Assembly (NCBI RefSeq): GCF_018977255.1
Contig: NW_024704742.1
Coordinates: 101,124,001 to 101,188,000, forward strand
Direction of reading: 5' to 3'
Source: Callorhinchus milii
Taxonomy: Eukaryota
DNA length: 64,000 nucleotides
Below are positions 1-12,389 of this stretch, in pieces. The notes beneath the pieces were generated by a model. That model was given only the letters and a program-made list of their open reading frames with translations. It had not been told where the DNA came from and did no database searches. Positions within the stretch are counted from its first letter, which is position 1; each line of letters begins with the position of its first letter. The translations under genes were made by a program, and so were the position numbers.

Positions 1-1425
1 GCATTGGGCAAGCATACAGTCAGGCCTAATCTATACTGAATATCAATTAATTATTAGATATTAGTGTGTTATCCAGTCTGATGTTAGGTACATGGTTATG
101 GTGCTTGATCTAAATAGGATGCCAAAGTCATGACGCAAATTCAGTGCATGTAATCAGAGCCAAATCCTCAGCTCATAAAACATGACCTTTAATTAGCAAA
201 ACATCTATTAAAAGTACATTCACTTAGCTGTAATCAAAACACAGCAGAAATGAAAAGGCAATGGAAGAAGTCACATGAAAGATCAATCCTGTTATTTGGT
301 ACTAAGTTTATCCATTGTAGCTATGCTTGCAACCAAAGAATCGAATATGGAATGTAGATTTGCACACAGATAGACATTTTATCTTTATTTACACTCATTT
401 GGAAGGACTCCTGGGAGGAGGACTCTTTTTCGGAGGACTCAGCGGGAGGACTTGATACATTAAAAATCTAATTCTGTTGTTGTTGCCGCAGCTTAGTTTT
501 GTCTGTGTTTATTTGGCTACTTGCGTGCTCTGTGACACAAAATGGCACAGCGCCATTGTCAGCCGGCACAGCCACCAAGTGTAACTGCAGTGTGTGTGTA
601 CATAAGTACATGTACATCTGTGATGCACAATGCACAGCGGCACTTTGACTCGGCGGCCACCAGGTATAACTGCAGCGAAAAATGCAAAACTGAAAATAAT
701 TCATTAACAAGAGGAGATACCCGAAACCAAATATGCCCACGTCACTCCAAGTTCAAGACCTTTCTAATGAGGTATAAATCATGTTTCTACATCAATTGGT
801 TATTGAGATCCTTCTTGAAGCCCAGACAGACATTATTGTTTTATTAGTGTAGAAGAAGATAGAAGAAGATAAATGGTGTTGTGGACCTGGTAAAAATAAA
901 GAGCATGTATTGCTCTTACAGACCTGTTCAGGTCTAAACAAATTGTACCCTGGATTACAACAATCTAATTGCACTGCTGTCCTCATTTTTTTTCTGGAAT
1001 CAATAACATACAAGAATTTCATGCCCGAAAATTCCAATGAGGATTTTGTATTCAAGTCCGAATGGCGGTCAATCTGATACAAATGTTCATACGAAAGGAG
1101 AAACTGCTCTCAGAGGACTGTTATCCAATTTTACGTCACTGAGTCTAGTTTGTTTGGTCCCTACAAAAGCATCTTAAATAATGATTCAATTTATTTTAAT
1201 TACCATTACAAGAGGAAATAGAGGGAACGTTGCAAAGGTAGAATTGATTTTTGACATGACTGACACTTCTTCTTTTAATCGTCTTCCAAAGAGGGAAGAG
1301 AAATTTAGAGCAGCAAGCAAATCTAAGATTAATTCCAGAAGATATCTTAATATCCAACTATTGACTAAAATTACTTGAAATTATTATCCTTATATATCAA
1401 ACAAAATAGCAATTGATGAGGGACT

Positions 1426-2222
1426 GTGTGGAGGAAACTGCTATTTCCTCCACCCCTCAGGCACTGGCAACATCAGCATCCACGGAAGCACATTCCACCT
1501 CACCAAGCCTGTCAGGAAGCTGGGTGTCTTGTTCGACCCTCAACTGTCTTTTCTCACCCTTATCCATGCCATAACCATTGCCCGACACCGTCACTGCCTC
1601 AACTCTCAGGCTGCCGAAACCCTCATACACGCATTGATCACCTCAAGGCTCGACTACAGAAACTCCCTCCTTATTGGCCTCGCCAACTCTTCCATCTACA
1701 AGCTGCAGATCATCCAGAACTCTGCAACTCATGTCCTCTACCGTACCAGGCTCCGTGACCCCATTAGTCCCACCCTCGCCCGTCTCCACTGGCTCCTCAT
1801 CCCTCAGAGGATAGAATTCAAAATCCTTGTCCTCACTTTCAAGGCCTCCACATCTTTGCCCCTCCCTACCTCTGTGACCTGCTGACCCCATATTAACCTG
1901 TCCGCTCCCTCTATTCAGCAGGCTCCAGCCTGCTCTGTGTCTCACGTCCGATCCACCCTAACATTAGCAGCCGGGCTTTCAGCCTCTCTGGCTTTGGAAC
2001 TCCATCTCGCAATCCTTTCACCTTGCTCCCTCCCTTGCCTCCTTCAAGGCATGACTCAAGACCTTCCTTCTCAACCGTGCCTTCAGCTGCCCTCCTACCT
2101 CTCTGCCCTTCCTCACCCCAAACCTGCCCCCCACACTCGGGTCCTGATCCCCGACTGTTCAACACCGTGGGTCATCCTCCCAACATGAAAGGTACTTTAC
2201 AAATGTAATTTTGTTGTTGTTT
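1426..2222 (+). mobile_element. L2-clade LINE, 5'-truncated decayed 3' fragment
   Basis: ORF 1529-1885 has L2 RT C-terminal motifs (AETLIHALITSRLDY.NSLL, LHWL.IPQRIEFKIL). Ends in an L2-type tail with (TTG)n. Homologous to 5190-6057. Confidence 0.9.
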
Positions 2223-2319
2223 TAATGAAACAAGTGTAACATTGTTGCATTTAATCATCAATTTGGAACTTTGATCAAACTTGTCAGCGGAATTTACTAT
2301 ACAATCCAAAATAATGGTT

Positions 2320-2575
2320 ACATCTGTATAAAAGTGAGATCAGAAAATATTTCTTCAGACAAAGGATTGTGAGAATGTGGATTGTACTGCCTCAGAAGGC
2401 TGTAGATGCAGAACTAATTGGGATGTTTAAAAAGTGAAATAGATAAGTGCATGGGAAGGAAGGATATTAAGGGATATGAAGAAAAATCTGAGAAATAGGG
2501 ATTAAAAGATCTGTCACATTCCCAAATTGTAGGAACATGGTTTATGGGTTAATTGACATCCTCATGTTCCTGTAA
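2320..2575 (+). mobile_element. Old CR1 LINE 3' fragment
   Basis: Degenerate match to CR1 3' ends elsewhere in the window (ttcttc...ctgcctcagaaggctgtagatgc...gatattaagggatatg). Confidence 0.7.
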
Positions 2576-3061
2576 CTCAAAGTATTAGCTACAACAACAA
2601 CCAAAACTTGCATTTGTATAGTGACCATCACTGGTAGCATATTAGAATGCTTGAATAATAGCTGTATAACAACAAAATATGGCATTTATATAGCACCTAA
2701 AATGCAACTAAATTTGTGGGGGGTGGGGGTGGGCAGCGAGATGTCTGACACACATGGAAACCCACTACCATGCTTAAGAGTATCCAAACCAAAATACTGA
2801 GAATTCTATATTTGCATGGAAATTTACATTTGCCTGGATGCACACTCTTCCTGGATGCTGTTTGCATAATTCCGGAGAGCATTAGGCATACGTGTGTATG
2901 AGCCAAAGCTTTGTGATACTATTTTAATTTTTTTTGATCAGCCAGGTGTCTGACACATGAGAAAAACATCACATACATAAAAGTATGCAGCCAATCTGAA
3001 GGTTTCACTTTAATCAACAGTGCTATTTTCAATGTTGGCTTAAAGGGCAGGGAATTTTAAG

Positions 3062-4206
3062 AGCATAAGAACATAAGAATTAGGAGCAGGAGTAGGCCAT
3101 TCAGCCCCTTGAGCCTGCCCCGCCATTCAATAAGATCATGGCTGATCTTCAGACCTAACTCTAATTACCTGCCCTATCTCCATATCCCTTAATCCCTCTA
3201 TTTTTTTAAAAATCTATCAATCTCAGCCTTGAAAATGTTCAAGGACTGAGCATCTACAGCCTTCAGGGTAGTGAATTCCATAAATTCACTGTCCTCTGAG
3301 TGAAGAAATGTTTCCTCAACTCTGTACTAAAAGGCTGACCCTTAATTTTAAGACTGTGACCCCTGGTTATAGATTCTCCTACCAGGAGAAACAGACCCTC
3401 AGTGTCTACTTTATCCAGCCCTTCAGGAATCTTATATGTTTCAATAAGATCTCCCCTAATTCTTCTGTACTCTAGAGAATACAGCCTTAGTTTATTCAGC
3501 CTATCCTCATAGGTCAGTCCCCCCATCCCAGGAACTAACCGAGTGAATCTACGCTGCACCCCCTCTAGGGCAAGTATGTCCTTTTTTAAGTAAAGAGACC
3601 AAAACTGCACACAATACTCCAGGTGCGGTCTCACCAAGGTCCTATACAGTTGCAGCAAGACTTCCCTACTCTTGTACTCTAAACCTTTTGCAATGAACGC
3701 TAACATGCCGTTCGCCTTCTTAGTAGCTTGCTGCCTCTACAAACTAACTTTTTGCGACTGATGTACAAGGACACCCAAATCCCTCTGAACACTAACACTA
3801 TCTAATCTCTCCCCCTCTAGAAAATAATCTGTTTTTCTATTTTTTCTACCTAGATGAATAACTTCACACTTCCCCACATTAAATTCCATCTGCCACCTAC
3901 TCGCCCACTCCCCGAGCCTATCTATATTCCGTTGCAATCTTTTTGCATTATCCTCAGAACTTACTCTCCCACCTAGTTTAGTGTCATCCACAAATTTAGA
4001 TACGTTACATTCAATGTCCTCGTCTAGATCATTGATGTAAATTGTAAATAGCTTAGGGCCAAGCACTGATCCTTGTGACACTCCACTAGTCACATCCTGC
4101 CAATTCGAGAATGACCCGTTTATCCCTACTCTCTGTTTTCTACCCATTAGCCAGTCTTCAATCTATGCTAATATGTTCCCATTAATCCTGTGTGCCTTAA
4201 CCTTTA
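3062..4206 (-). mobile_element. CR1 LINE family A, 5'-truncated, RT interrupted by a stop
   Basis: ORFs 3737-4147 and 3263-3706 give CR1 RT motifs (SGVSQGSVLGP, FVDDTKL, LVRPHLEYCVQFW). 3' hairpin and (TTCTTATG)n tail at 3062-3080. Close match to 55792-57160. Confidence 0.95.
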
Positions 4207-4300
4207 CTCTATATCTACCTGTGCTATGCCTAACTTGCTGACAGACTTAATGGTGACAATGCGTATTTAGTAGAACATGACGTATTTCTAGGACTAACAT

Positions 4301-4340
4301 CAGAGCACTCTCCTTGCAAGCGAGAAACCTGGGTTTAATA
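4301..4340 (+). mobile_element. tRNA-derived head fragment of the long-form SINE (split by the L2 insertion)
   Basis: agagcactctccttgcaagcgagaaacctgggtttaat matches the SINE head at 30054-30090. The rest of the SINE resumes at 6058. Confidence 0.75.
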
Positions 4341-6057
4341 CATACCTTCGAACCTGTTTCCCCACCCTCTGTCACCAAACTCATCCTCTCCCTGAAACCC
4401 ACCACCTGCTCCCTTGACCCCATCCCCACTCCACTCCTTATCTCTCAGCTCCACCTCCTTGCCCCACTTATCACAGACATCATCAACCTGTCCCTCTCCT
4501 CTGGCTCTGTTCCCATTCCCCTAAAAACTGCCACCATCACTCCCACTTTGAAAAAACCCTCCCTTGATGCGTCGCAGCTATCAAGCTACCGGCCCATCTC
4601 CAACCTCCCCTTCCTGTCCAAGGTCCTTGAAAGAGGTGTCGCCTCCCAACTGAACTCTTTCCTCTCCACCCATTCATTATTCGAACCCTTTCAGTCGGGT
4701 TTCTGTGCTGCCCATAGCACAAAAACCGCCCTGGTCAAGGTCACCAATGACATCTTGACCATCTGCTACCAGGATTCCCTCTGCCTCCTCATCCTCCTCG
4801 ACCTATCGGCAGCATTCGATACGGTCGACCATGCTATCCTCCTCCACCGCTTGTCCTCCCACCTCAACCTTCAAGGCACTGTCCTTGAGTGGTTTAGGTC
4901 ATACCTCTCCCACCGTCTTCATTTTGTTTCCACAAATGGCTTTTCCTCCAGCCCCCGCACTGTCTCGTGCAGTGTCCCTCAGGGCTCTGTCCTCAGTCCC
5001 CTCCTCTTCACCCTCTATATGCTCCCCCTTGGTGACATCATCCGCAGACATGGGGTTAACTTCCACATGTATGCGGATGACACCCAACTCTACCTTTCCT
5101 CCTCTACCCTCAACTCCACGACCACCGATGTCCTGACAGCTGCCTGTCTGACATCGAGTCCTGGACGAGAGACAACTTTCTTCAGCTCAACGTGCGCAAA
5201 ACTGAGGCCCTCTTTATTGGCTCACGTCAGCGCCTCTGCACCTCAGGCACTGACAGCATCAGCATCCAAGGCTGCACTCTCCACCTCTCAAAGCCAGTCA
5301 GGAACCTCGGCGTTCTGTTCGACCCTGAGCTGTCCTTTCTTCCTCATATCCGCGCCACAACTGGCACCGCCTTCCATCACCTCCGGAACATCGCCAGACT
5401 ACGGCATTACCTCACCCCTCACGCTGCTGAAACTCTGGTCCACGCCTTTATCACCTCAAGGCTGGACTACGGGAACTCTCTCCTCGCCGGCCTTCCCGGC
5501 ACCTCCCTCCACAAGCTGCAGGTCATTCAGAAATCTGCAGCTCGTGTACTGTCCCGCACGAGGCTTCGCGACCACATCACTCCACCCTCGCTCGCCTCCA
5601 CTGGCTCCCCATCCCCCAGAGGATCGAATTCAAGATCCTCATCCTCACCTACAAGGCCATTCATGGCCTTGCTCCCTCCTACCTCTCCGACCTATTATCC
5701 CCCTACTTCCCTGCCCATACCCTCCGTTCCTCTGGCTCCGGTCTGCTCCACATCCGCCACCCTAACCACCGGTGGCCGGGCCTTCAGCCTCTCAGCCCCT
5801 AGGCTCTGGAACTCCATCCCCCAGTGCCTTCACCTTGCTTTCTCCCTTTCCTCCTTCAAGGCCGATCTCAAGACCTTTCTCTTTGACCGTGCCTTCAGCT
5901 CCCCTCTCGACTCTCTACCCCTTCCTCGCTCACTTCCTTCCCTCCCCTCACCCTGACTATTTCCCCCCTGCTCGGGTCCTGACCCAACTGTCCAGCGCCT
6001 TGGGACGCCCTCCCGACGTGAAAGGCTCTTTATAAGTGAAATCTTGTTGTTGTTGTT
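4341..6057 (+). mobile_element. Young L2-clade LINE, about 1.7 kb, 5'-truncated, frameshifted RT
   Basis: ORF 4314-5765 has YRPISNLPFLSKVLE, LDLSAAFDTVDH, VPQGSVLSP and YADD. The frame shifts near 5140 into ORF 5192-5956 and again near 5585. Tail gggacgccctcccgacgtgaaagg...(TTG)n. No endonuclease domain. Confidence 0.96.
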
Positions 6058-6200
6058 ACCTAGCAGTAAGTAGGAATCCAGTTGTTAGTCGATTGGCAGA
6101 TTGTTTTGGCGGGGTTAATAATTACTTCCAAAAAAATAATAATTTGGTCACTCAATCCACGACTGTTCGTGGGACACTGCTTTGCGCAATTGGCTGAGTG
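6058..6200 (+). mobile_element. Body of long-form tRNA/Deu SINE
   Basis: acctagcagtaagtaggaatccagttgttagtcgattggc...ccacgactgttcgtgggacactgc matches 60190-60320 (reverse complement) and 38985-39115. Confidence 0.8.
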
Positions 6201-6279
6201 GGACAAGACTTTCCACTCACTGGCAAATGTATCAGCCTTGGCAGCATCCCATCATAAAAGTACAAAGACGAGGTCACTC

Positions 6280-6475
6280 TTCCTCTATCCCTCCACCTTG
6301 CCCCTTCCTTCCCCATCTTCAGATCGCGGATTTCAACACCTTCCTCTTTGACCGTGCTTACAGTCCCCTCCCACCTCCCCTGGATCAGCGTCGTGCTCCA
6401 CCACTATTGAGCATTCTACCCTGCATGAGGGGCACTATATAAATGGAAGTTGTTTTTGTTATTATTGTTGTTACA
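6280..6475 (+). mobile_element. L2 3' tail fragment (older subfamily)
   Basis: ccttcctctttgaccgt...ccaccactattgagc...ggcactatataaatggaagttgtt; the same tail type occurs at 14633-14760 and 35440-35600 on the minus strand. Confidence 0.7.
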
Positions 6476-6499
6476 ACTGACCTTTTCTTAAGATGGCAA

Positions 6500-6920
6500 C
6501 CTGGCTTATTTGGCAGTATTGCTGCTAATGACTCAGAAGGTTGTAGGTTGATATCCTTACAATTGGACTTTTGAGTTCATAGGCCAGATACGTAGACCAC
6601 TTCAATGCAATGTTGAGGGAGCACTGGCATTGCTGGAGGAGATGATAAACCAAGCTCACGTATGGCTGTTTCGGGTATACATTAAAGATCCCAAGGCACT
6701 ATTTAAAAATAGATGAGATTTTCTTCCGGTGTCTAAGCTAACAATATGTTAGATAAAATTGATCATTCATTTCTCTTATTTGTGGGATATTGCTGTGTGC
6801 AAATTGGTTGCTGTATTTGCCTACAAATATGCAGTTACTATACTTACTAATAAATCCTGTGAAGCACTCTGAGAAGTCTTGATGATGTGAAAAAGCGCTA
6901 TATCAAATTATTTATTTTAT
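6500..6920 (+). mobile_element. Older tRNA-derived DeuSINE
   Basis: Head (cctggct...ttggcagt...tcagaaggttgtaggtt), Deu-like core tgtgggatattgctgtgtgcaaattggttgctg, and tail gtgaagcactctgaga...gcgctatatcaaat. Confidence 0.75.
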
Positions 6921-8429
6921 GATTGAATAGAAAGCCCTACAAACAGAAAAAAATATACATCTTGGATGTGATGGATGTATTGGATGGCATTGGCAGTCCA
7001 GTCACTTGTTGGGTTTGTTTTGAAAATCAGCAATGTTATGTACAGCGCTTTTAGACCTTGCTCAAACAATACTGCCTATACCATTGAGGATATTAAATCA
7101 TCTGAAAAGGAATTTCAGTGGCTGCTGCCTGTAAATCTATCACCTGAACATTGTAGCTAATGGAACCACTGCTTGTGCTGAGGTAAGGAGCATTTCACAG
7201 AAAATAAAAAGAACATAATTTTGGTCTCCAACGACAGAATGAAATAACTAATGAGTATGTGTATAATTTGCACCCCACCCATTGTTGTGGTCATCCATAA
7301 AAACACACAGTGTATCTTTGCAGTATATCTGTGAAGCACTTTGAGATGTTCTCCTGACATGAATGGTTCTTTATCAAATGTAAGGATTATAATTATTCTT
7401 ATTGTTCTTACTATGTCAATAGTATACCCATTATGACATGACCCTAAAGAAAATTCAGGTGCAAAATCGAATGCAATGGTGCAAATACTAGGCAAAGTGC
7501 AACCTCTTGCTAAGCACAGAAAAGCATTGCAAATGTCCACAGGTCAGGGATGGAACTGAATTACAGTCTCGTACAAATTTCACAGGTATCAAGATAGCAT
7601 TTCTTCCAGGGGAGATATTATTATATATGTTAGAACAAAAAGCCAGTAGGAAATAATAGAAGTGAATAGAATATTGTTGCATTCTCTCCAAATCTGAGAG
7701 TCCAATACTGATCTGGGAAATAATCATCTCAATCTACCAGTAACAAGTAACACGGGTAACATGTTCAGTACCCTCAATCCATCTCATTCTTTAATTATAT
7801 AATCGTTTATCAGCCGGTTTAAAATGTACCTGCCTTGAACTGCTGCCAGGTTAACATTAAAGAGTTATTAGCTACTGTTTTGGCTGAGGTAAGGAACATT
7901 TGCTGAGATAAAGAGCATTGCCAGGTTAGGGAGTCAGTAACAAACTAGCCCCATCAAACACTGCTCAAAAGGGTTAGTTGCAATCTTGGTTTCCCACTTA
8001 ACAATAGTGGGTCTTGATTCACAACCAGATTTGAGCACTGCTCCGCATTTCAGTTCAGCCAGTATTCTATTGTTTACTCTAGTGGAACAAAGCTGCCCAT
8101 GATCGGAAACAGGCAACTGGAGCACTGAGGTATTTGGGCTCAATCATTGTCCCAAAGTCGGCAGTTGAAAGATCCCCCCTCCTCCCCCACCCCTGTTTTT
8201 TTTTAGAAAGTATAAAATTATGATTTGAGCAGTCAGCCTCAAACCTCAGCCTGATAATTTTATTTACCATTTTAAGCACAGGCAAATGTCTATGAATATA
8301 ATATACAATATATGTATAGAATAATAATAATCCTTCCATTTGATTTAGAGCCTTAACACATCTTTGAGACGTATCAAAGCACTGGTTTTGCTCAGTTCTA
8401 AAAGTGGACACCGTACTCAAGCTCCAGGT

Positions 8430-8608
8430 CCATCATTTCAATCTATGACTGTTTGTGGGACACTGCTGTGTGCAATTGGCTGCCGCATTTTGCCCACAAA
8501 TATACAGTCAATTCACTTTACAGTCTATTCTGTGAAGTGGTTTGAGATGTCGAGAAGACGTGAAAAGCTCTATATCAAATTGCAAGGATTATTATAATTT
8601 ATTATTAT
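8430..8608 (+). mobile_element. 3' half of tRNA/Deu SINE
   Basis: Deu core and tail ...gagatgtcgagaagacgtgaaaagctctatatcaaattgcaaggattatta. Confidence 0.85.
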
Positions 8609-9789
8609 CCAGATCACTGACTATCGTATGGCTTGACTGGAATATAACTTCCATTCTCAGAGTGACCCAGATTGATAGCAGATACCAGGGGATTCATAAC
8701 ATAGGACCTTTGGTCCCCAGGTGGAAAGTATGAGATTCATTCCAAGGGGAACCCCGTCTATGCAGGCCTTTATACCTCTTTGTTTCTCTGATGCTCTTAT
8801 GAAAGATGCCTGAGGAACACATGATTTAATCACTGAAGGAACGCAAATTCAATTTTATATCATGCACAAAATAATGAAAAACTTAATCAACAACTTAAGC
8901 ATAACCAGGTTGTTAAGTGTGTTTGTACGATATGTAAGCAAGTTACAGAAATCAGGTCACATGTCACAAATTGTAGACAGTCCACGTGATATAATTACTG
9001 TAACTTTCTGTGCAAACATTAATATCAGACATTACTGATCACTAGGGGGAGCCTTCATCCCAAGTCAATGTTCAAGTTTGCTACATTTTCTGCTGTATTA
9101 TAAACCACATATGGGGTCAAACCACATATGGGGTCAATTTTCATCCTGTTTGTAACATTCATGCACGAACAGCAACAGGTAGAAAATTGAACTTCCAGCG
9201 GTATGGATGTTTCATCCATTTAGGATAGAAGTTCCAAGTTTAATTTTATCAAGATGCTGCAAGCAACAAAAAACATTACCAAAGACTCAGTTGAGAGGAG
9301 AAACTAAGGCACTTAATTGTTGTTGGAAATCTACCAGCTGGAAAATATATAAGTTTCCTCTCGCTCTGATGCTTACCTAGCACAGGGGTATTGAATCATA
9401 GCCTGATGGTGGAAAGTCTGTGATGTGTTTGTACAGTTCTACAGCTCTAGACAGAGTCCTTTGAAAAGTGTGATGAGGACATTTATGCAGCAATTGTAGC
9501 TGCCATTGCATTCTTCTGAGGAGAGGAGAAATGAGTGGCGATATCTCTGTACAAGATCGGATTAACAAGGAAGCTCTTCAGACCAGACTGTCCTACGTGA
9601 GTGAGCCTTACCAACTGGTGTTGTTTTCTCATTTTTGGTGTACGTGCATGCCCTTGTCTCAATCTATTTCTTCTAGGGTTTAATTCACAATCTAATGTAA
9701 AATCAGCTTACTAAGCGCTCAGCATTCAACTATCCAGGATTGCGAAGCTGACCTCTAGCCCCAGCCCCCAGGCAGAAGACAAATGTTGC

Positions 9790-10345
9790 ACCCAGGCTAT
9801 AGAACATCAGCGTTTGGTAACTCAGGCAGCAATAAGGGCACAACAATTGGTCTCAGTATCCTGAGTAGGGAGAAGAAAGATCAGCCAGGAATCCTGATCC
9901 TGAATTGCTCCTCCTTGTTGTAATGTGTAAGGATATCTGAGGCCTGAAATTCTCACAATTTTAGCCTTAAGACCCTTGAATTTAAAATCTAAGATTGTGT
10001 GGAATTTTAGAAAATTCTTAAATTGAGCCTTAAGTTAGAAACTGACTTCCTGCTGTCTTTTTCAAAGAAGAAGTGGAAGGAATACTTTTTCATTCACGCC
10101 AAATTTAAGAATTTTCTGAACATCCACAACAACTTATATTTTATATTTATATTTTAAATTTAAGACCATGATAAATTTCAAGCCTCAGGTGAGGACTTTG
10201 ATGCTCCTGATAATTGAAGAACCTACTGATGCCCATTGTGTTTCTCGCACATGTAGAAAGGCCACATGGGTGAGGGCCCAAAAGGAGAGCGGTGCTAGTT
10301 GTATCCAACTCCAGCAAGGATCAGCGCCTTAAAATGAGGAGGGCA
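9790..10345 (+). repeat. Ancient unclassified interspersed repeat, interrupted by a MITE-like element
   Basis: Motifs cacatgtagaaaggccacatggg and ccagcaaggatcagcgcctt recur, diverged, at 12500-12630 and 16240-16410. Confidence 0.5.
9937..10188. mobile_element. MITE-like palindromic non-autonomous DNA element
   Basis: Terminal inverted repeat ctgaggcctgaaatt / aatttcaagcctcag (1 mismatch) plus a long internal inverted repeat (aagattgtgtggaattttagaaaattcttaaatt versus aatttaagaattttctgaacatccacaacaactt). Confidence 0.7.
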
Positions 10346-10714
10346 ATCGTTCAAACAAAATGCAGCCACGTTTATGCTGAAAGGTGCATGTGCGTAACTT
10401 GCAGGTAATTTTCTTATCAATAGAATTGCCCCTTGTCCACCCTTCAAACAGAATTTTTGGCATATAGGGTGCACTAACTGAGATTAGTTGATGGATTTTT
10501 AAAAACTAATATTGAACTGAAAATGATGCATTCCTCAAGAGTTCATGAGGAACATACGAACAAGAGGAGGCCATTCAACCTGTTGAGACTGTTCAACAGC
10601 AACAAGAAGATTACATTTGTATAGCGTAGATCATGGCATATCTTCTAATCCTATTTCCTCACTTTTCATCCATTTCCCTTAATAGCCTTACTTCCCCAAT
10701 CTCTATCTATTGTG

Positions 10715-10960
10715 CGTCAGCCTGGCTCAGTTGGTAGAACTCTAAACTCTGAATCAGAAGATTTGGATGAAATGTTAAACCAAGGCCCCATCTGCATTTT
10801 CAGGTGGACGTTAAAGATCCCATGGCACTATTCGAAAAGAGGAGGGAGTTTCTCCCAGGGTCCTGGCCAACAATCCCCCAAATAAAAAATTGGCCATTCA
10901 CTTCCTGGCTGTTTGTGGAATCTTGCTGTGCGCAATTGGCAACTGTGTTCACTCACATGG
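10715..10960 (+). mobile_element. Older DeuSINE
   Basis: A-box-like head cagcctggctcagttggtaga; Deu core gctgtttgtggaatcttgctgtgcgcaattggc. Confidence 0.8.
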
Positions 10961-11439
10961 CATGGTCTGGTGTCAGCCAATGTGATAGAATGGGGATGGA
11001 GCTATTCAGATCCATAGCCTGTCATCAGTTGTCAATAGTCCTCATTGAGAATATTCGCTGCAATGTGATAACTATCACTAGTGATAAATAACACTTCACA
11101 AGTGGCAATTTCATTTTTCTTTTCCAAGCTAATTGGATCTTATATCTGGACTTTTTCAAATTATATCTTCACACTATATTTGGAGCAAAGTCAGTGTCGT
11201 GTGCAGCTCGTTATAACACAGAGAGTTTAACACTGAGAGGCTGCATACCAGTGAGAGCGGATTATTTTATGATCCATCTTATTCAGCCACTGGTTCATGT
11301 CTTCTCACCAAAATAACAATTCTTTCTGTGAATGAACAAATTAAAGGTGGATATTGAAAAATAGTGGGAGAATCAGAGCGGAAACTTACATGGTGAGAAT
11401 AAAGAGTTTCAATTTCACCATTGGATTTCCAGGAAAAAT

Positions 11440-11770
11440 AATCATAAGATTTTTACTGTGAATTGTAGGAACTATGTATTGGTAGGCAAACTCAGCAACC
11501 AATTTTTGTGCAGCACAAACAACCATGAAGTGAATGACAAATTTTATCAGTGCCATTATTGGCCAGGGCACTCACTACCTTCTCTTTTCCAAAGTGCCAA
11601 GGCATCTTTAACATCCACTCGAATAAGCAGATCTCTCACAATGCAGCACTCCCTGAGCAGTGTATTGGAGTGTCAACCTAGAGTGTAAGTTTGAAGTCCC
11701 AACATGGTGCTTGAACCCAGAACCTCTTCACTCAGAGGCAAGAATGCTTCCAACTGAGATAGGCTGACAC
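11440..11770 (-). mobile_element. Older DeuSINE
   Basis: Reverse complement gives head gtgtcagcctatctcagttggaagcattct...ggttcaagc and a Deu-like core. Confidence 0.75.
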
Positions 11771-12389
11771 CGGACCATGAGACCATTGCAGAGATAAAAT
11801 TAGAAAAAGTTTGATTTAAGAAAAAGATTTTTTTAAGCGGTGGTTCAAGAGTGGCAAAGATCTCGGAGGTGGTCAGTATCTATTTTCTTAACTAAGGAAT
11901 AGTATGTTGCATAGAAAGATATAAACATTAATAGAGAAAATAAATGGAGCAAAGGAAATACTCAAAAGAAATACATTAGCACCGTATTTTAAACCTCATA
12001 TACATTATTCAACAGTCTCATTGTGAAGTTATAGAATGACAATGACAAAATAGTCTTAAACCCATTAATGTTACATAGAAAAAATAGAATTGGTCTATTA
12101 GGGACATAGATTATCGAGTGGAGTGGAAAATGGCATCAGTATGCAAAGTTACATTTCTACAGAGCTGTATCATTGAAGATTTCCCGAGGGAGCATAAGAT
12201 AGCTACAATTATTTCAAAATATTTGGCAAACATTAATGACAATGATGTTTGAGTGGATCTGCAATCAATCAGTTCCTCTGAGGAACAAGTAGAATCTTAC
12301 ATTCAATTTACAGAGTTAGCTTTGATGTGGAATTAATCACCACTTGCTGAAGGATGCATTAGGCAAAAGGAGTCTGCCTGTCTTTCTCC

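Noticed and set aside
400..452. CRISPR-like repeat-spacer array
   Set aside because: Units are only 7-9 nt with irregular short gaps, the context is vertebrate, and there are no cas genes.
1087..1160. Minus-strand terminal exon TKQTRLSDVKLDNSPLRAVSPFV*
   Set aside because: There is an acceptor-like cttttgtag, but the frame is short, I found no upstream partner and recognise no homology.
4314..5765. 483-aa ORF as a novel host gene or intact reverse transcriptase system
   Set aside because: It is L2 RT up to about 5140 and then out-of-frame read-through. The start lies in a SINE head and there is no endonuclease domain.
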